A stretch of 64,000 bases of DNA. Origin: Hyalangium minutum. GTDB lineage: Bacteria; Myxococcota; Myxococcia; Myxococcales; Myxococcaceae. The stretch covers positions 682,001 to 746,000 of the forward strand of contig NZ_JMCB01000003.1 in the NCBI RefSeq assembly GCF_000737315.1. Reading direction: 5' to 3'. The notes below the pieces were generated by a model. It did not search any database and had not been told where the DNA came from. It saw only the letters and a list, made by a program, of their open reading frames with translations. Numbering within the stretch: the stretch's first letter is position 1; each line of letters begins with the position of its first letter. This document shows positions 42,993 to 52,897 of this stretch, piece after piece. Position numbers and translations under genes: made by a program.

Positions 42993-45800
42993 TCAGCGAG
43001 GCCTCTTGGCCTCCTGGAAGGTCACCTCGAGGCGAACCTCCTTGCCGTCCCGGAGCACCACCGCCGTCACCGTCTCGCCGGGCTTGGAGCTGTTGAGCAC
43101 GTACATGAGGTCCTCCACCCCGCCCACCGGGTGCGTCCCGAGCCGGATGAGGATGTCACCGCGCAGCAGGCCCGCCTGCTCCGCCGCACCGCCCGTGCGA
43201 ACCCCCGCGAGCAGCATGCCCTTCTGGCCGTTGGGCGGGCCCGCGTAGTCCGGCACGGTGCCGAGCGAAGCGTTGAAGCTGCGCATGTCGCCCCGCGGCG
43301 CGGGCGCACTCACCTTCCGGTACGTGAGCTTGGAGCTCCCATCGAGCGCCTGCACCAGGGTGGAGACGATGTTCGCCACCTGCGCCGTACCGGCCGCGTT
43401 GATGGTGTCCGCGGTGTCCGAGGGCTTGTGGTAGTCCGAGTGCGTGCCCGTGAAGAAGTGCAGCACCGGCACGCCCGCTGCGTAGAACGGAGAGTGATCG
43501 CTGGGGCCGTAGCCATCGCCGCTGGAGGTGCACTGCACGCGCGCCTTCTCGCAGGCGGCGCCGACGAGGTCCGCCCACTCGGCGGCGGACTCGGCACCGA
43601 GCACCGTGAGCCCGCTGACGCGCAGCCGCCCCACCATGTCCAGGTTCAGCATGGCGGCGATCTGCTTCATTCCGCCATCTCCGCGCAGGTGTGTGAAGTG
43701 CGTGGAGCCGAGCACGCCGGTCTCCTCGCCGGAGAAGGCCAGGAAGAGCACGTCGCGCTTGAGCTGCGCGCGGTTCGCGGCAAGGGTCCGAGCGATTTCG
43801 AGCAGCCCGGCCACGCCGGAGGCGTTGTCATCGGCGCCCACGTGCGGCACGCGCTTGTCCGGAGCCAGCGAGTGGCGCCCGCCGAAGCCCAGGTGATCGT
43901 AGTGAGCGCCGACCACGATGGTCCCCGGCAGCTTGCCCTCTCCTGCTTCCAGCAGCCCGGCCACGTTGAACGCCTGGCTCTGATCGAAATCAAGCTGCAC
44001 CTCGATTCGCCCGTCCACCGGCTTGCGCCCGGTCAGCTTGTCCATGAAGGGCTCGAACGCGGCGCGCTTCACCACCACGACCGGGATGCCGGCATCGCCG
44101 GCGCCCTCGGGAGCCAGCGAAGGCAGCGACGCCTCGGAGGGCATCTGCCAGTCCTTCACCGGAGGGTTAGGCGCCACGGGCCAGTCAACGATGATGAGCG
44201 CCTTGGCGCCCCGCTCGCGCGCAGTCCACGCCTTGTAGCGGAGGTCACCGAAGCGGCGCTGCTTGTCGGTCTCGGTGAAGGGGGCGGCGTCGGGAACGAA
44301 GCGCCGCACCACCACGATCTTCCCCTTCACGTCGAGCTTCGCGTAGTCGTCCACGGAGAGGGACGGCTCGACGATGCCGTAGTTGGCGAACACCAGCGGC
44401 CCCTGCGCCGCGGTCTGGGAGGAGAAGCCGAGCACGGTATAGGCATCGTTGGGGAGCACGGTGCCGCCCAGCTTCACCTGGGACTTCGCCCCGGACTTCA
44501 CGGCGGTCGTCACGGGGAAACCCTGGCGGAACGTGCCACCCTCCCCCGCCGGCTTCAGGCCGAGGCTCTCGAAGCGGGCCTCGATGAACTTGCCGGCGGC
44601 CTCGAGTCCCGCCGTGCCGACGCCGCGGCCCTCACGCTCCGGTGCCGCGAGGAACTGGACGTCCTTCTCGATGCGATCCGCGGGAGCCTCGGCGGCGGGC
44701 GTGGCGGGCTTTGCGTCCTCCACCCAGCGGGCGAGGAAGACGTTGGTGTCGTGCTGGCCGGGGGCCGTGGCGCGGTTGCTGGAGAACGCGAGCCACTTGC
44801 CATCCGGCGAGAACATGGGGAAGCCATCGAAGCCCGGCGCATAGGTGATGCGCTCCAGGTTCGAGCCGTCCACGTCCACGGCCCAGATGTCGAACTCGCG
44901 GCCCTTGGGATCGCCCACGTTGGACGAGAAGAGGATGCGCTTGCCGTTCGGGTGGAAGAACGGCGCGAAGGTGGCGGCATTGAGCCAGGTGATCTGCCGG
45001 GCATTCGAGCCGTCCGCGTTGGCCACGAACAGCTCCAGCTTCGAGGGCCGCACCAGCCCGCGCGCCAGCAGCCCCTTGTAGTCGTCCATCTCCTTGCCAG
45101 GCTTGGGCCGCGAGGCGCGCCAGACGATCTGGGTGCAGTCCGCGTTGAAGAACGCGCCACCGTCGTAGCCCGGCGTCTCGGTCAGCCGGCGCACGTTCTT
45201 GCCATCCTTGTCCATGCGGTACAGGTCGATGTCCCCGTCGCGCACGGACGTGAAGAGGATGGAACCGTCCTTGGCGCAGACGGTGCCCTCCGCGTCGTAG
45301 CCCGGCGTCTCCGTGAGCCGCGTCAGCCCCGTCCCATCGGCGTTGGCTTTGAAGATGTCGTAGCTGTCATAGAGGGCCCAGACGTAGCCCATGGAGTGGT
45401 CGGGCTTCGGGGGGCACGCGTCGCCGCCCAGTTGGGTGGAGGCGTAGATCAGCTCTTGGTCACCCGGGAGGAAGTGCGCACACGTCGTCGCGCCCTTGCC
45501 GCTGGAGATCTGCTTCTCCACGGGCGCCTGGCCGGACGGATCCACCGTCATGCGGAAGATGCGGTCGCATCCCATGTCGCCGCGGCGGGACTGGAACGAG
45601 AGCTGTTTGCCGTCGAAGGACCAGTAGGCCTCGGCGTTCTCGCCACCGAAGGTGAGCTGGCGGAGGTCGGCGATCCGGACTTCCTCGGGCAGAGCCGCCT
45701 GGGTCGCGGAGGCCGCGGCGGCGCTGGACTCCGGGGACGGGCCACTGCTCGACGGAGTGGTGCAGGAGATCAGGGCAACAAGGGGCAGGAAACGCTTCAT
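42993..45800 (-). CDS. Lipoprotein: TolB/PD40 propeller + PA domain + M28 peptidase + PDZ
   Basis: Lipobox LIS-C, repeated LTETPGYD/FSPDGKW, VGAHYDHLG, GADDNASG, FSGEE, NLDMVG, SDH, HKPSD, C-terminal GLLRGDILI. Confidence 0.92.
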   Translation of the reverse strand: MKRFLPLVALISCTTPSSSGPSPESSAAAASATQAALPEEVRIADLRQLTFGGENAEAYWSFDGKQLSFQSRRGDMGCDRIFRMTVDPSGQAPVEKQISSGKGATTCAHFLPGDQELIYASTQLGGDACPPKPDHSMGYVWALYDSYDIFKANADGTGLTRLTETPGYDAEGTVCAKDGSILFTSVRDGDIDLYRMDKDGKNVRRLTETPGYDGGAFFNADCTQIVWRASRPKPGKEMDDYKGLLARGLVRPSKLELFVANADGSNARQITWLNAATFAPFFHPNGKRILFSSNVGDPKGREFDIWAVDVDGSNLERITYAPGFDGFPMFSPDGKWLAFSSNRATAPGQHDTNVFLARWVEDAKPATPAAEAPADRIEKDVQFLAAPEREGRGVGTAGLEAAGKFIEARFESLGLKPAGEGGTFRQGFPVTTAVKSGAKSQVKLGGTVLPNDAYTVLGFSSQTAAQGPLVFANYGIVEPSLSVDDYAKLDVKGKIVVVRRFVPDAAPFTETDKQRRFGDLRYKAWTARERGAKALIIVDWPVAPNPPVKDWQMPSEASLPSLAPEGAGDAGIPVVVVKRAAFEPFMDKLTGRKPVDGRIEVQLDFDQSQAFNVAGLLEAGEGKLPGTIVVGAHYDHLGFGGRHSLAPDKRVPHVGADDNASGVAGLLEIARTLAANRAQLKRDVLFLAFSGEETGVLGSTHFTHLRGDGGMKQIAAMLNLDMVGRLRVSGLTVLGAESAAEWADLVGAACEKARVQCTSSGDGYGPSDHSPFYAAGVPVLHFFTGTHSDYHKPSDTADTINAAGTAQVANIVSTLVQALDGSSKLTYRKVSAPAPRGDMRSFNASLGTVPDYAGPPNGQKGMLLAGVRTGGAAEQAGLLRGDILIRLGTHPVGGVEDLMYVLNSSKPGETVTAVVLRDGKEVRLEVTFQEAKRPR

Positions 45801-45925
45801 GGGACGGACATTGTCACTGCCGCCGGGACAGCTCAACGTCCTTCGTTACCTACCGGGTCGGGCGCCGCCCCCGCCGAGACGGGAGCAGCGCTCGCCCAGG
45901 GCCTTGCCCGGAGGGCAGCCGAGAC

Positions 45926-47332
45926 CTACTGCACGGAGAACAAGCCGCGCAGTTCCTCGGTGTTGGAGATGGGGTTGCCCGCGTTGCCCTTCGCGGTGGC
46001 GCGCCACTGGTAGACGAGCCCTGGGCGCAGGGCGGTCCCGCCGTAGGCCACCTCCACGTTGCCGGCGCCGTTCTGGGCGTCCGAGGGCACCGCGAGGTTC
46101 TCCCACACCTTGGTGCCCTGCGAGTCGAACACGCGCAGCTCGTAGGCCTTGGCGCTGGAGTACGGCTTCCAGCTGAAGTTCGGCGTGCCCGTCACCAGCT
46201 CCGTGGTCTCCCCGGCGCCTGGGGCCACCATCTGAATGGCCCCCGTCACCTTGAACGAGGGACTGGCGCTTGGCGTGCCGTTGGTCACCGTGATGTGAGC
46301 GATCTGCGTGCCGGAGATGTTGGGGTCCGGATCGCGCACGTTGCCGTCGTTCTCGAAGGCTGCCAGCACCACGTACTTCCCGTCCGGCACGCCGGAGATG
46401 GAGTACGCGCCGGAGATGTTCGGGGCCGTGCCTGGCTCTGGAGCGCGCAGGCCCGGTGGTACCTCGCCGCGGATCAGTGCCGCGTTGAACGTGCTCTCCA
46501 CCACCATGACCACACTGGTTCCCGCACCGTTGGCGCCCGCCACGAGCTGCACCGTGCCGCTCAGCGTCGCGCCAGCGCCCGCCGCCTTGCGGAGGGCCAC
46601 GCCGGTGGTCGTCACGCTCGGCTGCACCGAGACGTCGGCCGGCGTGAAGTTGGCGCCCTTCACGTACGCCTGGGCCTTGTAGCCGCCGCCGGGCTGCACG
46701 TTGAACACCTTCCAATGGCCGGAGGTGTCCGCCACCGCCGAGTACGCCCTGCCGTTGCCCTCGACGACCACCAGCGCCGACTGGCCGGAGGAGACCTCCA
46801 CCGTACCGGACACGGCGGGCAGCCCCTGATCCGTGGACGGCAGCGAGATCAGGCCCACGTCCGTCTGCGCCGAGGAGACCACCCACGGCTTCTCCTCCTC
46901 GGTGCTCGCGGCGCCCGAGGTGTCCAGGGGCAGCGCGACGCGGATGCCCGAGGGGAACGGCTCATAGTTCTGCGCGCCGGCCCGCAGCGTCAGCCGCGCG
47001 CCAACCGGCGTGCCCTTGTCGTCCGAGCGCTCTGTTGGAATGCGCAGCGAGTAGTGGCCATCCGCTCCGCTGACCGCCACACCCGACACCGGCGCTCCGT
47101 TGGCATCCAGCGCCGTCACCTCGGCGTTCGGGATCGCCGCACCCGAGGACAGATCGAACACCTTGCCCTCGACCTGCAGCGGCGCGAAGCACAGGGGCTT
47201 CTCCTGGCCGCTCACCTTCTCGCAGACAAGGTTCTCCGCGCACGACTCCGGATCATCCAGCTTGCACTCCTTGTCATCACCGCAGGCCACCACCAGCAGG
47301 GACAGGAGCGCGGGACCGATTCGCTTCACCAT
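45926..47332 (-). CDS. Lipoprotein with carboxypeptidase-regulatory-like beta-sandwich domains
   Basis: Lipobox LVVA-C, Cys-rich N-terminus, GKVFDLSSGAAIPNAEV and GAYSISGVPDGKYVV. Confidence 0.82.
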   Translation of the reverse strand: MVKRIGPALLSLLVVACGDDKECKLDDPESCAENLVCEKVSGQEKPLCFAPLQVEGKVFDLSSGAAIPNAEVTALDANGAPVSGVAVSGADGHYSLRIPTERSDDKGTPVGARLTLRAGAQNYEPFPSGIRVALPLDTSGAASTEEEKPWVVSSAQTDVGLISLPSTDQGLPAVSGTVEVSSGQSALVVVEGNGRAYSAVADTSGHWKVFNVQPGGGYKAQAYVKGANFTPADVSVQPSVTTTGVALRKAAGAGATLSGTVQLVAGANGAGTSVVMVVESTFNAALIRGEVPPGLRAPEPGTAPNISGAYSISGVPDGKYVVLAAFENDGNVRDPDPNISGTQIAHITVTNGTPSASPSFKVTGAIQMVAPGAGETTELVTGTPNFSWKPYSSAKAYELRVFDSQGTKVWENLAVPSDAQNGAGNVEVAYGGTALRPGLVYQWRATAKGNAGNPISNTEELRGLFSVQ

Positions 47333-47469
47333 ATTCAGGACTTCTCCCGTGTGAGCTTCCCGGAAGAGACCCGCGCGTCGGTCATTCAGCCACACCTACA
47401 AGTCCGCAGGACTGCCTACTCTCCACGCGGCGGAAGCAGATGCGATCACCCTCGTTCATGGGGCTGGGT

Positions 47470-47688
47470 CTACCGCCGCCGGCCCCCGCCGCCGCCGAAC
47501 AACACCAGCAGCACGCCGCCCGCCAGCGCCGCGCCCCCACCCGCCAGGTAGAGCGTGGTGCGCTCGGAGTAGCGGCCCGTCAGCGCCTCGGTGGCGCGCT
47601 CCGTCAGCGAATCCTTCGCCTTCAGCCCCATCCACAACACCACCGCACCCGCCACAGCGAGCATGACTCCCAGAACCCGGGCTCCCAC
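47470..47688 (-). CDS. Small two-TM membrane protein (DUF3185-like)
   Basis: AGGAGG RBS with GTG start. EALTGRYSERTTLYLAGG motif between two hydrophobic helices. Confidence 0.72.
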   Translation of the reverse strand: MGARVLGVMLAVAGAVVLWMGLKAKDSLTERATEALTGRYSERTTLYLAGGGAALAGGVLLVLFGGGGGRRR

Positions 47689-47779
47689 GTTTCCTCCTTG
47701 GCTGCCCCTCGGGGCGCGGCCCGTAAGATACGCAGGATGGACCGCGAGCCCGCAGATTTTTCGATATGCAGCGGGGCCC

Positions 47780-48268
47780 ATGCGCTACACCCCCATCATC
47801 GGAACCCTCGGCTATGTGCTGTCCCCGGACGGGGCGCGCGTCCTGCTGATCCACCGCAACGCGCGCCCAGACGACGCTCACCTGGGCAAGTACAACGGGC
47901 TGGGAGGGAAGATGCAGGCGGACGAGGACGTCGTCTCCTGCATGCGCCGCGAGATCCGCGAAGAGGCAGGCATCGAGTGCGAGTCGCTCCGGCTGCGTGG
48001 CACGATCAGCTGGCCCGGCTTCGGCCCCAAGGGCGAGGACTGGCTGGGCTTCGTCTTCCTCATCGATCGCTTCACGGGCACGCCGCTCGAGCGCAACGCC
48101 GAGGGCGAGCTGTCCTGGGTCCCGGTGAAGGACATCCTCTCCTTGAACCTGTGGGATGGGGATCGGCACTTCCTCCCGCTGGTGTTCGACGCGGATCCGC
48201 GCGCCTTCCACGGCGTCATGCCGTACGCTGGAGGCCGCGCGCTCAGCTGGAGCTTCACCCGGATCTGA
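47780..48268 (+). CDS. Nudix hydrolase (8-oxo-dGTPase/MutT-like)
   Basis: GKYNGLGGKM...MRREIREEAGI Nudix box; LWDGDRHFLP. Confidence 0.9.
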   Translation: MRYTPIIGTLGYVLSPDGARVLLIHRNARPDDAHLGKYNGLGGKMQADEDVVSCMRREIREEAGIECESLRLRGTISWPGFGPKGEDWLGFVFLIDRFTGTPLERNAEGELSWVPVKDILSLNLWDGDRHFLPLVFDADPRAFHGVMPYAGGRALSWSFTRI

Positions 48269-48424
48269 GGTGTCCCGTGGGGTCGGATCCGGGGAGATCC
48301 GGCCTGATCAGGCCAGATTCAGTCACTCTGGGTGTGATCCACCCTACCTGGTACGGTCGAGACGCTGGATCATCCCTGGGGAAGCTGTAGTACCTTCCCG
48401 CCGTCTTCCAGGAGGCCTTGTCTG

Positions 48425-49060
48425 GTGTCAGCCCTTCCCAGTTGGTTGGATTCGCTGCTCGCGCGTTTGGGATTCACCGAGTGGGTGAACGAGCTGCGCG
48501 CGGTGCTGCGTCGAGGCTGGCCCGGCAAGCCGATGGATGCGCAACCCGCAGTCCGCAGTGAGCCTTCGCAGTCCCCTCCCACCGAGTCCACAATGCCCAA
48601 GAAAGCCAAGATCCAGAAGACCTCCCGTCCCCAGCGTGCCAAGACCGCCAAGAAGGCCGCGGCCAAGCCCGCCGCCAAGAAGGCCGCGGCCAAGCGTGGC
48701 GCCTCCGCGAGCAAGCGCAGCACCGGCGCGTCGCGGGCCGCCACCACGGAGGCCGTGAAGCAGTTGGTGGATGCGCTGCAGGCGCACCCCCAGCAGAAGG
48801 ATCTGTTGACGGCCGGGCAGCAGCAGAAGGATCAGCTCCTGCGCTCGCTGATCCCGCTGTACCTGGCGCGCTCGCTGGGCGTGGAGGTGACGTCTGGCAC
48901 CACCTCGCGCTTCTGGAGCAAGTTCGGCGTGAGCTACGCGGCCCCCAACGCCGCCAAGGCGCTGCGCATCCACACCGGCTACGCCTCGGAGACGAAGAAG
49001 GGCCGCGCCATCACCGCCAAGGGCATCCGCTACGTCGAGGACGCGATCGCCCGCGGTTGA
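48425..49060 (+). CDS. Hypothetical DNA-binding protein with histone-H1-like Lys/Ala segment and possible winged helix
   Basis: AKTAKKAAAKPAAKKAAAKRG tract and C-terminal AITAKGIRYVE. Start uncertain (48425 GTG or 48593 ATG). Confidence 0.7.
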   Translation: MSALPSWLDSLLARLGFTEWVNELRAVLRRGWPGKPMDAQPAVRSEPSQSPPTESTMPKKAKIQKTSRPQRAKTAKKAAAKPAAKKAAAKRGASASKRSTGASRAATTEAVKQLVDALQAHPQQKDLLTAGQQQKDQLLRSLIPLYLARSLGVEVTSGTTSRFWSKFGVSYAAPNAAKALRIHTGYASETKKGRAITAKGIRYVEDAIARG

Positions 49061-49121
49061 TTGTCGTGAGTGAGCGCCTGGAAGCTCCGGCAGACTTCCA
49101 GGCGCTCCACCTCCGCCCGCC

Positions 49122-50783
49122 TTACAGCTTGGAGGGCTCGGAGGCGCGGTAGTGCTTGAAGTAGAAGTCGTCCGAGTCCGGCCAGTCGTTGTCACACATC
49201 TGGACGTGGATCTGTCCGCTCACGCCGGGCGCCACGCCACTGTCGACGTCCCAGAGGGTGATGCCCTCCAGCTCCTCGTAGGAGCCGTGATCCACCTGCA
49301 CACCGAACGCGGTCTGCAAGCGGCCGTTGAACACGTCCATCACGTAGACAGCACCCGCGCTGTCCGAGACCAGGTAGAGCTTGCCGGTGTTAGAGAACTC
49401 GGCGCCCTGCAACGAGGTCAGGCTGACGGGATTGCCGTACTTGTCCTTGATCTGGATGCGGCTGACGAAGCTCAGGTTGAGCTGCCACGCACTGTTCACG
49501 TAGGCGAGCGACCACGAATACTTGTTGATGTAGCTGGCGTCGAAGGCCGAGGCGTAGAGGTGGCCGTCCCTCGGGTTGTAGGCCACCCACGGGCAGCTCT
49601 CACCCTGGTCGGAGATGCCAGCGTCCGGGACGATGGCGTAGGCGTAGGGCGTGAGCGAGGTGTTCATGACGCCGAAAGAGCACCATGAACCGCTGCCGCC
49701 GTTCCTCTCCAGCGGAATGAAGAGATATCCCGCGCCGTAGCTGATGTCGCCCAGGTGGTTGTAGAGCCCCGCCCACGGATTGCTGGCGGTGTAGCTCGGG
49801 TTGTCATTGAGGCTGGAGCCGACCGGGACGCGCCAGATGTTGTTCGTGTTGGTCAGGAACCAATAGTTGCTGTCATGCGTGACGCCCTGGGTGTCGTTCG
49901 AATAGCCGCCGGAGTACGTGCGATCGGACGGGAAGTCCCCCAGCGCGCCGATGGACGGAGTGCCCCAACGAAAGCGGTGAGAGAAGTCCACGCGCGAGTC
50001 CCCGCCGGTGTTGATGCTCTCGCAGCGGGCCGTGTACCAATTGAGCACCTCGAAGGTCCACCGCTGCCAGTAGCGCGGGGCCACGGTGTTCACGGCGTTC
50101 GTCACCCACGCGGAGCCGTTCCAGGACTTGGTGGTGTACGTGGCGCTCTGGTTCTGCGAGGCCGCAAAGCACGTGCTCTCGTAGAACATGGCGTAGACAG
50201 CACCCGCATCAGCCCAGCCCACGTTGGTGGGGCACCACACGCTGTCCACGGTGCTCCAGGTGCAGAAGTTCTGCTGGAACCACAGCGCGTCGGCGTTCCA
50301 GTCGATGAGCGGGGCGAAGCTCGAAGCACCCGACTCGGGCTTGCGCTCGGGAGGAGGAGGCGGCGCCCAGGGGACCATGGACACGGGCTGGCCCGGAGCG
50401 GCCTTCTGGACGGAGGCAGCCTCGAGGAGCGACGCGGGAACGGGCTCGCTGGGCCCGGCGAGCTGCCGGAAACGCTCGATGGGCGAGAGGCCCTGGAGCG
50501 CCTCCAGGTCGAGCTGCTTCTCCAGATCCTGGGCGGAGCCGATCTCGCGCAGGTTGATGGCACCATCAGAGAACTGCCAGAACTCGACGCTGTGGGTGGT
50601 GGACAGGCGCACCTGGGCAACGATCTTGCCGTCCACCTGATCCTTCATGCTGAGCAGGGCCTGGGAGGTCTGGAGCGACGCGGCGGACTCCTCGGAGTCA
50701 TCGACGCCTCCGCAGCCGAGGGCGAGACCTGAGAGAGCGCTGAAGACGCAGGCAAGGATCCACTTCGAGGCGTTGAGGGGCAT
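49122..50783 (-). CDS. Lipoprotein: prodomain-like N-terminus, Cys/Trp-rich middle domain, C-terminal beta-propeller
   Basis: Lipobox LALG-C. TQGVTHD, HLGDISY, LQGAEF and ELEGITL blade motifs. Confidence 0.78.
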   Translation of the reverse strand: MPLNASKWILACVFSALSGLALGCGGVDDSEESAASLQTSQALLSMKDQVDGKIVAQVRLSTTHSVEFWQFSDGAINLREIGSAQDLEKQLDLEALQGLSPIERFRQLAGPSEPVPASLLEAASVQKAAPGQPVSMVPWAPPPPPERKPESGASSFAPLIDWNADALWFQQNFCTWSTVDSVWCPTNVGWADAGAVYAMFYESTCFAASQNQSATYTTKSWNGSAWVTNAVNTVAPRYWQRWTFEVLNWYTARCESINTGGDSRVDFSHRFRWGTPSIGALGDFPSDRTYSGGYSNDTQGVTHDSNYWFLTNTNNIWRVPVGSSLNDNPSYTASNPWAGLYNHLGDISYGAGYLFIPLERNGGSGSWCSFGVMNTSLTPYAYAIVPDAGISDQGESCPWVAYNPRDGHLYASAFDASYINKYSWSLAYVNSAWQLNLSFVSRIQIKDKYGNPVSLTSLQGAEFSNTGKLYLVSDSAGAVYVMDVFNGRLQTAFGVQVDHGSYEELEGITLWDVDSGVAPGVSGQIHVQMCDNDWPDSDDFYFKHYRASEPSKL

Positions 50784-51061
50784 GAGCGCGGCTTCTAGCG
50801 ATGTCATGATTTCAAGACAATGCTGGTTTCCCATGGCTGGTTGGCATGGTGAGAAACGATCCCTGGGGCTACGCTGGTCCGCATGCTGGGTGAGTTCGAA
50901 AGGCGGCCCGTGGACTGGATGCAGTTGGCATCCGGCAGACGGCACTTGGCGTGGATGCAGGCCGACGCCGCGACCCACCAGATCGCCCAGCGCCTGAGCG
51001 TCCTGAGTTTGTGGGCGCAAGGGCGGACCATCGACGGACCCAAGCATCACAACACCTTGCT

Positions 51062-52057
51062 GGAGGCGTGGACGTAGATCAGGTGTTCCGGAGCACGATC
51101 GCCGCCAACAAGGCGACCGCACCGGCGAACCGAGGGGGTCGGCCTCCGGTTCCGGTACCTGGGATGCCCTCTCCCTTCGCCAAGGTGGCCGATCTCATGA
51201 CTGATGAGACGATCCGCATCGCCCGCGACTTCCGGCCGACGCTGGTCATCTACCCTCGGCTTCACGTGCTGGGCCGGCTCGTCGCGGACCTCCTGGGGGT
51301 CCCGGTGGTAGCGCACTCTCCAGGCCTGCCACTCGATCCTGAGGCACGGCTGGGCTCCCTGGAGTGGCTGCTGCTCCCCTCGACGTGTGAGCGCCAGGGA
51401 CGCACCCTCGAGCTGACCCGCCCTGCGGCGCAGATCCACCCCACTCCGCCGAGCATGCTCAGCGACGCATTCCCTCCAGGCTGGTCCACGCGCTACGTGC
51501 CCTTCAACGGCTCAGGTGGCGCGCTCCCCTCCTGGCTCCTCCAGCCGCCCACGCGCCCACGGGTCTGCGTGACGCTGGGCTCGGTCGTGCCGGGGATGGG
51601 CGGTGTGGGTTTCTTGAAGCACGTGGTGGAGGCACTGGCCGAGCGTGACGTGGAAGCCGTGCTCGCGCTCGGCGGCGCGGATCTGCAGGCGCTGGGGCCC
51701 CTTCCCGCCAACGTGCGCGTCACGGGCTGGGTCCCCCTCAATGAGCTGCTCCCCAGTTGCAGCGCGATCGTGCACCACGGAGGAGCGGGCACGACCTGGA
51801 CGGCGCTCGCGCTCGGCATTCCGCAGCTGATCCTGCCCCAGGGCGCGGATCAGCCAGACAACGCCGAGGCTGCTCAGCGTCGCGGGGTGGCAGTGTCGAT
51901 CACACCGGTTCCAGAGACCCGAGAGCCCATCGAAGCGGCGCTGGATCGGGTGCTCAAGGACGGTGAGATGCGAGCGGCCGCGCGCGCTGTTCAGGAGGAG
52001 ATCGCCGGGCTCCCCTCGCCTCATGACCTGATCGAGCGGCTCGCCGCGCTCACATAA
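51062..52057 (+). pseudogene. GT1 (EryCIII/CalG-like) glycosyltransferase lacking its N-terminal ~50 aa
   Basis: RPRVCVTLGS, WVPLNELLPSC, VHHGGAGT and PQGADQ motifs are present. The usual MRVLF...GH N-terminal motif is absent in every upstream frame. Confidence 0.65.
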
Positions 52058-52089
52058 CGCTCGAGTTGTAAGAGTGCTGGTCCGTTCGA

Positions 52090-52812
52090 TCATCGCCGCC
52101 GATCTCTAGAAGGCAGGTTCGCCTCGATGCCGTCGAGCAGGTAGTCCAGCCCCAGCTCGAAGATCTCGGCGGCGTCGAGGTGCCGCGCGTCCCGCACGGC
52201 TTCGGCAAGGGTCTCGTAGCGGCCGGTCGCCAACATCCGCTCGAGGTACGGGCCTGAGGCGGCCTGCCACTGCGCCTCGCTCTTGCCGGAGGCCCGCTCG
52301 GCGCGGCGTTCGGCGACCTCCTTGCGGACGGCGCCGTTGAGGACCAGCGCCAGGGCCTCGGTGATCCGCATCGCCGTGTCGATGTCGGGAACGCCTGGGT
52401 CGGATCGGATCGCGGCGAGCAGGGCGTCGGCGTGGGCCAGGGTGGCCGGGCCGAGGTGGGGGCGGCCGCCGAGCAGGTCGGCGAACCACTCATGGGCCAG
52501 GGCCGCTTCGCGCACGCCCCGGGCGGCCGAGCGCACGGCCTCCCGCCAGGTCCGCCCCGCAGGGGCGGGCATCTCGGCGTACACGGCGTCGACCATGAGC
52601 AGCAGCAGCTCCTCCTTGGTGTCGACGTACCGGTAGAGCCGCATCGGCCCAGCGTCCAGCGCGGCGGCGACTTTGCGGATCGAGACGGCTTCCAACCCTT
52701 CGGCATCTGCGAGGGCTACCGCCGCGGCCACGATCCGGGCCCGGCTCAGCAGGCTCGGGGCCGGCCGCTCCGGCGGCTCGGGCCGATCCCATACGAGTGT
52801 GCTGTCCGACAA
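52090..52812 (-). CDS. TetR-family regulator (TetR_C type)
   Basis: AAGGAGG RBS with TTG start. LSRARIVAAAVALADAEGLEAVSIRKVAAALDAGPMRLYRYV; FELGLDYLLDG. Confidence 0.9.
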   Translation of the reverse strand: MSDSTLVWDRPEPPERPAPSLLSRARIVAAAVALADAEGLEAVSIRKVAAALDAGPMRLYRYVDTKEELLLLMVDAVYAEMPAPAGRTWREAVRSAARGVREAALAHEWFADLLGGRPHLGPATLAHADALLAAIRSDPGVPDIDTAMRITEALALVLNGAVRKEVAERRAERASGKSEAQWQAASGPYLERMLATGRYETLAEAVRDARHLDAAEIFELGLDYLLDGIEANLPSRDRRR

Positions 52813-52836
52813 CTCACACCTCCTTGGCCTTGAACC

Positions 52837-52882
52837 ATACACTGCCCCAGGCGATACAGTGTATATCTCCATACGCTGTATC
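52837..52882. promoter_or_regulatory. Probable TetR operator
   Basis: GATACAGTGTAT-N6-ATACGCTGTATC is an 11/12 inverted repeat. An extra ATACACTG half-site lies at 52837. Confidence 0.72.
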
Positions 52883-52897
52883 GAAAAAGGGAACCTC

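Noticed and set aside
50883-51077. 64-aa ORF as an IS630-like transposase fragment
   Set aside because: Resemblance is limited to a few residues. No DDE motif, terminal inverted repeats or target duplication are visible.
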